Positions 1 to 12,074 of a stretch of 64,000 nt of DNA are shown here, piece after piece. Source of the DNA: the human T2T-CHM13v2.0 reference genome, Homo sapiens; assembly GCF_009914755.1 (NCBI RefSeq), contig NC_060935.1, one strand, 5' to 3'. The notes below the pieces were generated by a model, which searched no databases, was not told the origin of the DNA, and saw only the letters and a list, made by a program, of their open reading frames with translations. Position numbers and translations under genes: made by a program. Within the stretch, counting starts at the first letter, position 1, and each line of letters starts with the position of its first letter.

Positions 1-39
1 ACAAAGCTAATCAGGTTCTTTAGGTATCCCTGTATCCCT

Positions 40-238
40 ATCCTCATTTCCATAGCACTCTATATTCATTTTCTTATCAGACATCACTGCTATTTCTGTA
101 ATTGGTTGTTTTCCCCATTAGACGAAAGGTTCCATGAGAACAGATTGCCTGTTGTATCCCCACACCTTTCAACATGTCAAGTGCATAGTAAGCATTCAAT
201 ATATACTTGTTAGATTAATAAAATGAATGAATAAATGT
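40..238 (+). mobile_element. L2 LINE 3' end fragment
   Basis: Typical L2 tail catagtaagcattcaatatatacttgttagattaataaaatgaatgaataaatg. Confidence 0.6.
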
Positions 239-1494
239 GATGCTTCTACCATGGGAGCAACTGTACACCAGCATGAATAAATAGCTTTGTCTATGAACAC
301 AAGACCACTCAGGAAACCATTTGTTGCCTTGGTGATTTGTTTCATTTTCTCTACATGAAGCTCTGGTGGAAAATAAAAATCATTTTAGCTTTTCCAAATA
401 CCTTATTTGCAAATATTTCTGTTAAGAATCCACTTACAAAAGGACAAGATGCCACCTTTTAAAAATTAAAGTCATAATAAAAAATATTATATTCACCAGC
501 TGTGATAAAAATATTTTTAATGCCTGGCAATAACTTTTATTTCCTTTCAGTAATTCTGAGTGATTTTTAATTCTTATTAAAGATAGTGGGTTGACAGAGG
601 CAAAGAGTGAAATCATATTTACAAAACAGATGTAGTATTAACTACATCAAGAAAAGCTTCTTTTGTGCTGCCTGGTCCACTTTTCACTCTGCTATGTGAA
701 TTTTATTATGTACATTAACCTGTTATACATAATAAAAATGAATAGTACCATCATGCCTTTATTAACAAATTATAGCAGTAACTTAACATATTGCAGTTTT
801 ATTTGTAGATTTTTTTTAAACTTTTTCAAATGTATAAGTATGGTTAATGGATATCTGAAATTATGCCAATGTGTGATTCACCCACTACTACTATTTAAGA
901 TACTTAACCTAAACAATTTTATCTTCAGAGAAAATATAGAATAATGTTAGATTCAAAATAGAAAAGGAAATACCTCAGAGATGCAATAAAATATACTCAT
1001 TTTAAAGAAAAAGACAATGGTGGCCAAATGCCTTTGGGTGCCCATGGTCAGAAAGTAGAGATTTACTTTTCGCAGTTCCACACTTTTTTCTGTTCTTATA
1101 TCAAATCCTTTATGTTATTACATATGATACTTGAGAATTCCTAAGCAGTAAAAGAAAAATTCTATTGACTCCTTGCATTTCATTAAATTAGGCAGAATAT
1201 TCTGCCTGCGATCCAGAACTATTGTCCTATTGCCCAATCATGTAAACTCATGGCTCTGCCTAACATTATTTTCCTTATATTTTAGTTGTGAAACTTATTG
1301 GGATTATTTATCTTTCAACTACTCAAAACATACGTAGGGAATTCCATTATATAAAATGTGTTGCATTAGTTATTGGATTGTGTTTAGCCAGTGTTATTGA
1401 GATGACTTCATTTACCTCAATGATCATACTGAGGGGTATTCATTAAAGTTATAAATTGTGAGTTGCTGAATAAATTATACTATATACACATTTT

Positions 1495-1700
1495 TCCATA
1501 TACCAGGAATTGTGCTAAGTACTTTACATACTCCACCACAACATCACTTAGACATAGGTAATATATCCTTTTCGAAGATGAAGAAATCAGTGTTTGAGGA
1601 AGTTAAACAACTTATCCACATCTTAAAACTAATACATGTCAGAACAACAATTTAAATCCAAGTCTCGCTCCAGTATCCTGCTATTCACACTAAAACATGT
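1495..1700 (-). mobile_element. MIR SINE fragment
   Basis: Degenerate MIR core (gatgaagaaatcagtgtttgaggaagttaaacaacttatccaca). Confidence 0.55.
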
Positions 1701-2072
1701 TCCTTCTCTTTCTCAGAAGTGATATCTGTGACAAAAGAGTTAAACTTGAAACTGGACAGAAACATTTGAGAAAAAGAGATGACTCAATCTTCTGAAAGTG
1801 GGTTGCCTGAGCATTTGACAAGACTTGGGATCCATGTGACAGAAACTCTGTATTTATGAATACTCTGATGATTTCCTAGTCTACAAGATCTTACTCCAAA
1901 TCTGATACATTCTGCAAATCAATCTAACTAGACTGGAGCTCTTAAGACTTTAAACAATCTGAGTTAAATGGGGTAAGATCTAAGGTGGGATTATTTTATC
2001 AGAGCATTTACACAAAATCCACAATCATTTCCTTCCCTTTATATGTAGAAACAAAATAAAAATGATTCTCCA

Positions 2073-2802
2073 TCACCATTCTAACTGGCATGAGATGGTA
2101 TCTCATTGTGGTTTTGATTTGCATTTCTCTAATGAAAAGCAATCATTGAAAAGTCAGGAAACAACAGAATGTGGAGAAATAGGAACGCTTTTACACTGTT
2201 GGTGGAAGTGTAAATTCAACCATTGTGGAAGACAGTGTGGCAATTGTTCAAGGATCTAAAACTAGAAATACCATTTGACCCAGCAATCCCATTACTGTGT
2301 ATATACCCAAAAGATTATAAATCATTCTACTATAAAGACACATGCACACGTATGTTTATTGCAGCACTATTCACAATCGCAAAGACTTGGAACCAACCCA
2401 AATGACCATCAATGATCAAATGGATAAAGAAAATGTGGCATATATGCACCATAGAATACTATGCAGCCATAAAAAAGAATGAATTAATGTCCTTTGCAGG
2501 GACATGGATGAAGCTGAAAATCATCATTCTCAGCAAACTAACACAGGAATAGAAAACCAAACACCACATGTTATCATTCGTAAGTGGGAGTTGAACAATG
2601 AGAACATATGGGCACAGGGAGGGGAGCATCACACACCGGGGCCTTTTGAGGGGTGGGGGGCAAGAGGAGAAATAGCATTAAGAGAAATACCTTATGTAGA
2701 TGATGGGTTGATGGGTGTAGCAAACCACCATGGCACATGTATACCTGTGTAACAAACCTACACATTCTGCACATGTATCCCAGAACTTAAAGTACAATTC
2801 TA
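2073..2802 (+). mobile_element. 5'-truncated L1PA 3' end with a short 5' inversion
   Basis: The ORF2 C-terminus (IPFDPAIPLL...KDTCTRMFIAALFTIAKTWNQPK) and 3'UTR are on +, while 2073-2135 is antisense L1. TSD AAAAAT(G/T)ATTCTCCA at 2058-2072 and 2803-2817. Confidence 0.9.
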
Positions 2803-5072
2803 AAAAATTATTCTCCAGTATGTCTAATAGATCCTTTTATATTACCATTATACAATTATATTTTCTAGATTTATCAGCATCCCTCTGCTCATTAATCTTC
2901 TTACAATCTTTAGGAATGTGGAACAAAGACAAAAGGAGGAATTTATCTCTATAGTATGTCCAGTAGGGGAAAATGGCAGAACTCAGAGCTCACAGAGGTC
3001 TAGGAGGAGCCAAGGGGACAGTGAGGGACTTTCATGCCAAGGAAAGGGAAGGAGGAACAAAAATGCTATTACCAATGGAAATATTTCTGTTTTCCTGCCA
3101 CTAAAAACTTGACAAAGGTAGTGGTCAGCTGTGGTATCGAAATGTGCTGTGAATGAAATGGAGCTTAGGACGTATCATAATTAACAGTTCCAGTCTCACA
3201 TAAAGCTTCTGTAAAGCAATAATTGAAGACAGCACCTTAGCCAGAGCTATTGGAAAGTGAACTTATTGCTGGGGGATAAGGAGATGAGTATTAAACTAAG
3301 ATATAATTAAAATTTCCAAATTGTGGGCAAGTTTCTTGTCAAACAGTCCCAAGAAAGTAGAGCAAGGGCATCCCAAGTGCATGGCCACTTGGGGAAAAAC
3401 AGTAAAGTATCAACAGTGGTAGACTAAATAGATAAGATTTGCAGTCTAAAGTCCTCTAAGAGGTCTCTTCACCTATGTCCAGCTTTTGAAGCAATCATGC
3501 ATTATTTACCATTTAAATATTACAATGTAACTTTGCTGTATGTTTGTTCTTTAAAGATGTTATATACATCACTCTAGAAATGTTCGTGGATATAACTAAG
3601 AAAATGAAATTTCATGTGGGTCTGTGTTTTGTTGATTCGTATAATTTATATGATAAATCACAATACTGGAGTAATGACATTTATCTCTTATTAAGAATTT
3701 AAAGCAAAATAATAATATGTATCACCTATGTACCTGTAGTCAATAATATTTTTATAAGTAAATATAAGGCATATGACATTTTTTATTAGATAATGTTTTC
3801 CAAATTGAAGGCACTTGGATTTCGGTATTGATTTAATTTGTATAATATAGTAGACTTCTAGTTTGGGTTCTCATTAATAACTTTTGATAACTTATTTTTA
3901 CAATATTAATTATGTTTCACAGTATCTAAAATTATTATAATTTGGGAATAAATAATCATAAAACACAAGTAGATCAGATTTGGTAGTATTGTCTCAAGAA
4001 AAGTAACACAAGGGTAACACCTCAGGAAGAGTAACATATTTAAGAGGATATTTCCTTTAGTAGATTACATAAGGACATACAATTTCCTACTTAAGATTTT
4101 TTAAAATTTATTTTAGTTGATTTACTGATTTAACTGGAATACTGCATGAGATGTTTGGCAATTTTTAAAAGTAAAATAAGGTATTCATCTAATTTAGAGG
4201 CCTAGTCAACTAACTCAACTAGAAGTTTTAGGCTTTAAATCCACTAACATCAACTGAAGCTGCCATGTGATATTAGGCCATATGGGAAGATATCCATTAT
4301 GATTTTCTGGGGCTTCATTTGTAAAAGTAATATATTTAAGGTCATACTATGGGGAACTTGGTTTGTGGCTTTGAAATTAAATAATCTTTTCTTCAGTGGT
4401 AAAAGGAGATCACAATGGGACATCTACACTTAGTTAACTCTCATGTACTAAGCTATTAATTTTGTTATGTTTAATAGTCATCTAATCAACGTGAGATACA
4501 AAAAGATATGGTTCAAATTAACTCATGGTATGCTTACATGCAAAATGAAAAGGGAACTAATGAATAAATGTCTATAATTAGTTTTTCCCAAAAATATTAG
4601 GAATATCTATTCAAATAATCAGTGATTATAAAATTTAAATACATTATTTAGAACTGATGACAGAATAAAATAAAATGCTTTTGAAATGTTTTGCTATTTT
4701 CTGTAAAACAAATCCATAAAACGATTGCCTATTGATTTTATTTCATTCCCACTTTTATTTATACTTCCAATAATGCAAATATTTGTGTATAATTAAAATA
4801 GAATTAGCTAAATATTAAATATTGTGTTTGTTTTAACTCAGGGCCTTGAGATTTTTTTCCTTTAAAATAAATCACTAAAATGCAGAATATCAGAATTCTC
4901 CAATCAGAAGCAATATGTCAAGTCACAGTAAAGCTGATTGGCTTCTTCAAACACAGAAGACATGGTTTTTAAATGAAAAGCTAATTATCACACTCAGAAA
5001 GACTGCCCTGATATGTTAAGTTAAACTGATGTGTATGTGCTACACTACTACTATAGATATTTCTATTATGAG

Positions 5073-5082
5073 CTATAAATAG
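5073..5082. promoter_or_regulatory. MEF2 consensus site (CTATAAATAG) about 280 bp into the intron after the alternative first exon
   Basis: Exact match to YTA(A/T)4TAR. The AT-rich background makes a chance match possible. Confidence 0.35.
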
Positions 5083-5360
5083 ATGCAAAAGCAAATCCTG
5101 CCATAAAAAAAAAACAAAAAACAAAAAAACAGGCAAATTCTCCTTCCATTTGCACAAACATGCAATATCACTTTAAGAAGTTAAAATCACATAAAGACAG
5201 GACCCCCCAGACCCTCAGGGAACAAAATGCCCAGCAAAGTAAATTATACTAATCATTTTCTCTCATGAACTGGCAGCACCTACTAGAACTGTTTAATTAC
5301 GGGACCAGAATAATAATAGAAAAATGCTGCACACAATAACAGCCCTGTTTCCTATCCTAC

Positions 5361-5390
5361 CTTTGTGGTGACAATGCACAGGCAATCCAT
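5361..5390 (-). CDS. DLG2: Coding part of an alternative first exon of DLG2 encoding MDCLCIVTTK (PSD-95-alpha-type palmitoylation N-terminus)
   Basis: The minus strand reads tccAGG ATG GAT TGC CTG TGC ATT GTC ACC ACA AAG|gtagga. The Kozak context is strong (-3 A, +4 G), an in-frame TAG lies 9 nt upstream, and a phase-0 GT donor sits at 5360. The peptide is identical to PSD-95-alpha residues 1-10. Confidence 0.85.
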
Positions 5391-6800
5391 CCTGGATCCC
5401 TACACAGGACTCAGTACATGGAAATCACACCAGCAAATCAGCAAAGGTGAGAAAAGCCTTTTGGAAATTGCACACAGAAAGAAGCAGAGCTTGGATTCTG
5501 TACAGACGGCTTTTCCAAGGGGGCCCCTCATGGGAAACTCGAGCCCTCCTCCATACAGCTCAAGGCAAGCAGGATTCTGCTAGGCACCAGAAAATCCCCT
5601 AGAAATCAGCTCCGGCAAAACTTCCCGGTGGCTTCCTGGGCTCCGTGGCTGCATGGTCTTTTAGCGGATTCCTTGATTGGAACAAGGCTCCTGTGAGTGC
5701 CCCGCACAGTTCTATCGTTGCGATGAGTGTAACACCAAGCACCAGGGAATCACATTTCAGCTCTTGCTCTTGTTTCTGAATTCTGATGTGCTGCTTCAGT
5801 ATACTCATAATATTTTCTTTGCCAAAGTCCCCCCTTTGTTGCCTTCCTTTCTTACTAACACTGAGTAACACAAAAAACTACCCGTCCCATCTACCAAATG
5901 GCTGTCGTTCCAGTGCCAGAATAGCGGCTTTGGATAATAAAATGCTATTTATTATGAGCATGATTGCCGGGAGTCTAAATGACTCGAAAGATATGACTGA
6001 AAAGCTAAGGTGCATGTGGTACTGCATACATCACATCTCAACTCACTTGCAATTACAAGGGCAGCTTCTTACAAATGACTAACAGCTGGATAAGGAAAAT
6101 CAAGCCAGTGACATAAGGAAACTGCGGATTTGGAGGTTTAACTTATAGAAAAGGGTTACATTTCTCCTTTTTTGTGTTTACCTATGTGTGTGGTCCATGA
6201 CATATGCAAATACACAAACAACCTGAACATATAAATGAATATTATGAAATTGGGGTGGGAGGAGGTTCTAAAGTGTTTACAAAACTTCCACATTCTGAGT
6301 GAAAAAATGAGTTCTTTCCCAAACTTTTCCCTCCTCACTTGCTGTCTGCAGGCACTTATTAAGTGGGCAGAGCTTTGTGTTGCCTTCTGCAGCATTTTAA
6401 CAGCCAAATGATTAGCACTCTCCCCTCCCCCAAATCCCTCCCTTTCTTCTAGTAAAGCTGCTACTACATAGACGGCCTTTGAGGTGCTTGACAAGCATCA
6501 CTCTGGATAATAATATACTTTTTTTTCCCATCATCTTAGACACACAGGCAGTCACAGACTGAAACAGAAAAACAGACACAGGAGCTCAGAAAGGAGAGAG
6601 GGGGTGGGAAGGGAGAATGAGGGAGAGTGAGGGAGAGTGAGGGAGAGTGAGAGAGAGTGAATGACAGAATGGAAAGCACTGCCTGACCAATAAAAATCGA
6701 AAATCAATGATTCGCTTTCACTAGGAAGAAAATACATAGTCAACTGGACCATTGAAATATCAAAAATAAATGTCTAGGGACCCATACACTTTATCTCCTC
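5391..6800 (-). promoter_or_regulatory. DLG2: Internal promoter / 5'UTR region of the alternative DLG2 first exon
   Basis: Unique sequence with higher GC and more CpGs than its flanks. It contains a purine/pyrimidine-asymmetric tract (6560-6670), a CCAAT at 6687-6691 and an E-box CAGCTG near 6083, and lies directly upstream of the MDCLCIVTTK ATG. The TSS cannot be placed from sequence. Confidence 0.7.
6611..6660. repeat. 10-bp tandem repeat (GGGAGAGTGA)x5 in the promoter region
   Basis: Sequence reads gggagaatga gggagagtga gggagagtga gggagagtga gagagagtga. Confidence 0.9.
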
Positions 6801-6879
6801 AGGATACTGGCAGGACCATTTCCCACCCCACTACTAACCACCACCCTCTTTTTTTTTTTTCATAAAAAGTATACTTTCT

Positions 6880-7211
<332 letters not shown>

Positions 7212-8234
7212 TCATGAATTATTGAGGTTCTAACCTCAATATCCCAATAACCTCCTGATTGCTAAATAAATGAATGTCTCAGAAACTGACATGTCATTAT
7301 TTTACCCAAATGAGAGCACTGTTCATAAAGATTTTAAGTTCATAGCAAATCAAATACGTGTTCTGAGGAAAAAAAGAAGAAAAGACAAGCTCCTAAAGTT
7401 CAATTTGATATAAAAACCTTCAAAAGTGGCTCAAAAAATATTTATAGTTAAAAAATATAATTTCTTCTGAACTGCTATCCTACTGATGTAAGAAATTTCA
7501 AGTAAGTTTCAAGTTAAACACCACCAATAAAATCCATGCTCTGGTCCATTCCATTAGGTAACTCTGTCTTATGGTTCAGTAATTTGAAAAGGTCAAAGAA
7601 ACACCAGTTTGTCTATTCACCCTCATTTGTTACATCATCACAATAATTATTTTAACTCAATACTTCCTAAGCTTATCTAAGGGTGCGTAAAACCTTATAT
7701 CTTTATGTACCAGCGTGTTTCCCTGGCACAACTAACATCTAATAGGTAATTGAGACTTACTGCCATATTCATGTTCAAAATAATTAGTCTTTGTGTCCCT
7801 ATAGCACCTTAAAGTTGACAAAGAACTTGTAACAGTCTCACAGGCTTGGGAAGTTTAAATGACTTCCTAAAAGCCTAGTAACTTTCAATAGCAACATTAA
7901 AGACCACGTCCCTTAATTCCAAGTCCAGGTCTTTGTTAGTCATAGAGACAGTCAGAATGGAGACAATCAGGGGTTAGACAGAGGAAGTAAATAAATTGGA
8001 TAGCAGAGTAAGATGAGTATTTTCACAAGGTATCCTGGAAGATGATACCTTCGGAACTTCATTCCATCTTTGCAGAGAGGCAGACACTTAGAGAAAAATT
8101 AGCAAAGGGAGCCTGATTAGTCTTCTAACGTTGGTGGATCACAGAGGAAAGCACTTTGTAAACTATAGAGACTTGCAGAAATAAAACACAGCTTGTCTAG
8201 CATAGGTTCTAGAATACCTTAGGCAGTCCCTAAG

Positions 8235-8620
8235 TCATTCACCTGACACATGTTTGTTGAGCACTCATTATGTGATTATTTGATTAATGTCTATATCACC
8301 CTCTAAAATGCACTCCTTAAAGATAGTTTTAACTCTTTATTTCCATTGCCTAGACTAGTGTCTCATTCATTCAACAAATATACTTGAGAATCTACTTATG
8401 TGGAAACACAAAGTGAGGAAAAGCTAGCAAAATCCCTGCCCACAAGAGAATAAAAAACTATAATACCGTACAGAAAGCATTTGGGAGTGTTTTACGTCTA
8501 CAAAATAGAGGCATTTAACCCAGAATGGAGCAGTGAGGGAAAGCTTTCTGGAGAGGGGCCTTGAGCTAAGATGAGGAAGAACCATAGGAGTTAACTAGAA
8601 GTTAGGAGAAAAGAGAATTG
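8235..8620. mobile_element. L2 fragments
   Basis: L2-type motifs cattcattcaacaaatatacttgagaatctac and tcattcacctgacacatgtttgttgagcactc. Confidence 0.5.
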
Positions 8621-11135
8621 CGTGCACTCTATTGTATTTGAAAAAGGAATGAATCAGCAATATGTTATACCTTTATACAATCAGTTTAATAAATACATCC
8701 AATAAAAGTGCTTCAGAGCAAGCATTTTACAGCAAGCATTTTACAAACTGAATATGCAATCTTTATTTGAGAAAGAAGAGCATTGCTCATATAACTTTGA
8801 GTACAAGTATACTGTAAATGCATGTACAATATGTATGTTATATATTCATTTGTTTGTATTCGCCTCAAGTGATTAACTGGATAATGTATGTAGGTTTAGA
8901 TATAAGTACATAACATTTTGAAGTGTAGACCCATTTGGGTTTTCCACTTTGTGTATACCTTATCTTTGATTGATTTTCCTCAGATATAAAGATGATAGAG
9001 GATAATTCACTCCTTTGCCTCAAGGGAAACATTATGTTGTTTTTATAATTAACAAGGTATTGACATGAAGCATTTTTTTTTTTAACAGACACAGTGCTCA
9101 GTTGGGCCTGTGATTTTCACAAGAAGTCTTTGGCAAGATAAAAAGCCTCAGCCTGCAAGCTGCTTTACTTGATATTCCTTGAGGTTAATGATCTAAAACT
9201 AGAAATATATTGATTCTTAGTAAAACCTATCATTGAAAGTTTGATATCATAAAATTACTCTTGTAAATTACTTGCACTAAACCTGTACCTTAACCACTTA
9301 AATCCATTATTACTTTTATTTTGTTTGTTTCCAACAGGGAAAAATATGTTTAGAAGTGAAGTCCAGTCAGTGTCTATTCTAGAATCTAAGCCCCTTGAGG
9401 GCAGATTTAATGTATATATCTGGCACCTAATATGGTACTGGCACTTAAGAGGCACAAAATCAATATTAGTGGAATGAAAGAATAATCACAGCTCTAGTTA
9501 TGCTATTTTTTGATAGTTTTTAAAAAATCTATTTAAACTTATGATCCCTTATTCATATGAGAACCATATATTTATATTAATTATATACATATATACATAT
9601 GTGCATACATAAAAATTTAAAAATAAATATATTGGTGCATGTAGCTGAAGGTATTTGCAAATAAAAATATTTTCATTGGAAAATCCAGTCTGATGTAAGA
9701 AGGTATGGTTTAGAACAGTCTTATCTATAATGGAGAAGGGCAATTTCTAGCTGAAGTGTTACAAGTACAGGATGCTACTGAAACTAGGTGCTTGCTATTG
9801 TGTTAGAAAAACAGTAATAAATATAAGCATGTTAATAATAATAGTAATTTATCAAGTGGCTATTATCTGAAGTACTGGGGTAAATACTTTGTAACTATTA
9901 TCTCATGGTCATAATACCCTTTAGGAAATAATTATAATCCCTATTTTATAGTTAAGGAAACTGAAGTTGCTTGAGGTTCTATGACCTGCCGTGACACAAA
10001 ACCTAGGTGACCCCAACACAGAGAGTGGTCTATGTTATTTCCGTCTCATCACACTGCAAATCCTGAAATCGTTTCTGTCCCTCTGGGTCCAAACTGAGAG
10101 TATGGCACAAACAGATACAAAAGGCCTTCTCCTTAGCCAAAGGTAGCCTGGACTCCATGCAGATGAACTATAAACAACCTGTGATCCTCCTAAAAAGATA
10201 GGTTCATCTCTGGGTTCCTATCTGACACCTTCCATAGCTTATAAGGGCCTTGGGAATAACCCCAGAAGGAATGGACTCCACATTAGAAAGATTAGGTCCA
10301 AAGGAAATAACAAGAAATCCACCCACCTGGCCTCCTATCCCTGTTTATCTGTTCCCCATATACCCAGAACAGCAGGCACACAAATGACATCTGCAAAGCT
10401 TGTTAGCTTAGTAAAATAAATAGACTGCAGGCAGGTCATGGCAAAATGCCTGCCCTCATTTCCAAACTCTCCAGAGGTAAGTAAGAAATTAGGATCAACT
10501 GAAAAAAGACTGAATTTTTCAGAGTTTCTATCATTAAAAAAATCAGGACAGTAATGGATCCCGAAAATAATTCATGAAAAGCAGGAGTCTATGTATTCTG
10601 TTCAAGTTAAATGTGTATCCTTACAAAAAAATATAAAAACTAAACAAGCAAAATTTTGAGTGAACCAATAATTGCTAATGAAATGAATTAATTTTTAGTT
10701 TTAACCCATCTTTTAATCATGATATTCAATTGTATGGACCTAAATTTTATGTCAGTTTTTCTCATGTGAGTTGGAACATAGTTAAATGATAGCCATGTAG
10801 CTCTCCCAGTTATTATCATCATCAAAATCTAAACAACCTTTGAAATTTTATATAAATGGTAGGTTATAATGTAAACATTCAATAAAAATTGTGTCCCTAA
10901 CAAATCAAAGTTTACATAAACTTTGTTGAACATTAACTACATTTCTTATGAGGCTCAATTTTTCCTATTATACAATGCTGTGGGTTGAGTGGATTCCAGA
11001 AATCCAAATAGTTGTGTGCAAGCCACAAATCTAAAAAGCTATAATGGTCAAAAATAAAATTTTGCTTTCAAGTCAATATAAATAACCTCAGCAGTATTGC
11101 TAAATGCCATTCCCATACTCCACCTTCTTATACCC

Positions 11136-11486
11136 TGATATGGTTTGGTTGTGTCCCCACCCAAATCTCAACTTGAATTCTATCTCCCAGAATTCCCACG
11201 TCGTGGGAGGGACCCACGGGAAGTAATTGAATCATGGATGCCGGTCTTTCCCATGCTATACTTGTGTTATGGAATCAGTCTCACAAGATCTGATGGGTTT
11301 ATCAGGGATTTATGCTTTTGCTTCTTCCTCATTTTCTCATACTGTCACCATGTAAGATGTGTCTTTCACCTCCTGCCATGATTCTAAGGCCTCCTCAGCC
11401 AAGTGGAACTATAAGTCCAATTAAACCTCTTGTTCTTTCCAGTCTCGGGTATGTCTTTATAAGCAGCCTGAAAACGAACTAATACA
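11136..11486 (+). mobile_element. THE1A-like (ERVL-MaLR) solo LTR inserted into an L2
   Basis: Termini TGATATGGTTTGG...CTAATACA, a THE1A-like body, and a 5-bp TSD TACCC at 11131-11135 and 11487-11491. Confidence 0.9.
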
Positions 11487-11491
11487 TACCC

Positions 11492-11910
11492 AAAGCACAC
11501 TGGCCTGTTACCTGTTCCTCAATATAGTGTTTCACTCTAATTCTTCCTCCGGGCCTTGAATTTGTTGTTTCTTCTGCCAGAAACTGTTTTTCCCTGGATT
11601 TGCACATGGCTGGCTCCTTCTCATCATTCAAGGCTCTGCTCAGATGTTACCACCTCAGCAAGACCTTCCCAAACTGATTTCCCCTAATTAGAATCTCTTC
11701 CATCCCTTCTCCATTACATCATCCCAGTTTATTTCCTCCATATGATTATCACAATCCAAAATTATCTTCTCTATTCATCTCTTACTATCTCCCCTATCTG
11801 AAGTTTACCAGTGAGAGCAGGAACCTTATGTTTTGTCCATGGCAATCTCACCAGTGTTTAGAACATAACAGATGCTAAACAGAGATTTTTGAATGAGTGA
11901 ATGAATGAAT
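11492..11910 (+). mobile_element. L2 3' region
   Basis: Contains gcacatggctggctccttctcatcattcaaggctctgctcagatgttacc and ends in tgaatgagtgaatgaatgaatga. Confidence 0.7.
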
Positions 11911-12074
11911 GAGATGCATCACATGGAAACTCTTTAAAAAGTATATGGCTAGAATCAGCAGTCCAACATGAAATTTGCAATGCAAGATCTTTAACATAGT
12001 TTGGTTTCTAAGGATCTGATTTACACTAACAATAGTATTTACAAACATACACATAAACAATAGTTTTTTGGATT

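Noticed and set aside
1-5300. Next DLG2 coding exon (QNQGRC... or KYRYQDED...)
   Set aside because: Not found by eye in this interval. It presumably lies beyond the left edge of the window, so the splice partner of the MDCLCIVTTK exon cannot be confirmed here.
5365-6494. Supplied ORFs over the promoter island (5365-5583 +, 5677-5868 +, 5786-6082 +, 6156-6494 -) as protein genes
   Set aside because: Most use non-ATG starts, none has a recognisable domain, and the plus-strand ones are antisense to DLG2. The real coding signal is the 30-nt minus-strand exon.
6611-6660. Short tandem arrays (here and at 25072-25151) as CRISPR-like repeats
   Set aside because: No unique spacers and no cas genes, in a mammalian context. 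These are simple tandem repeats.
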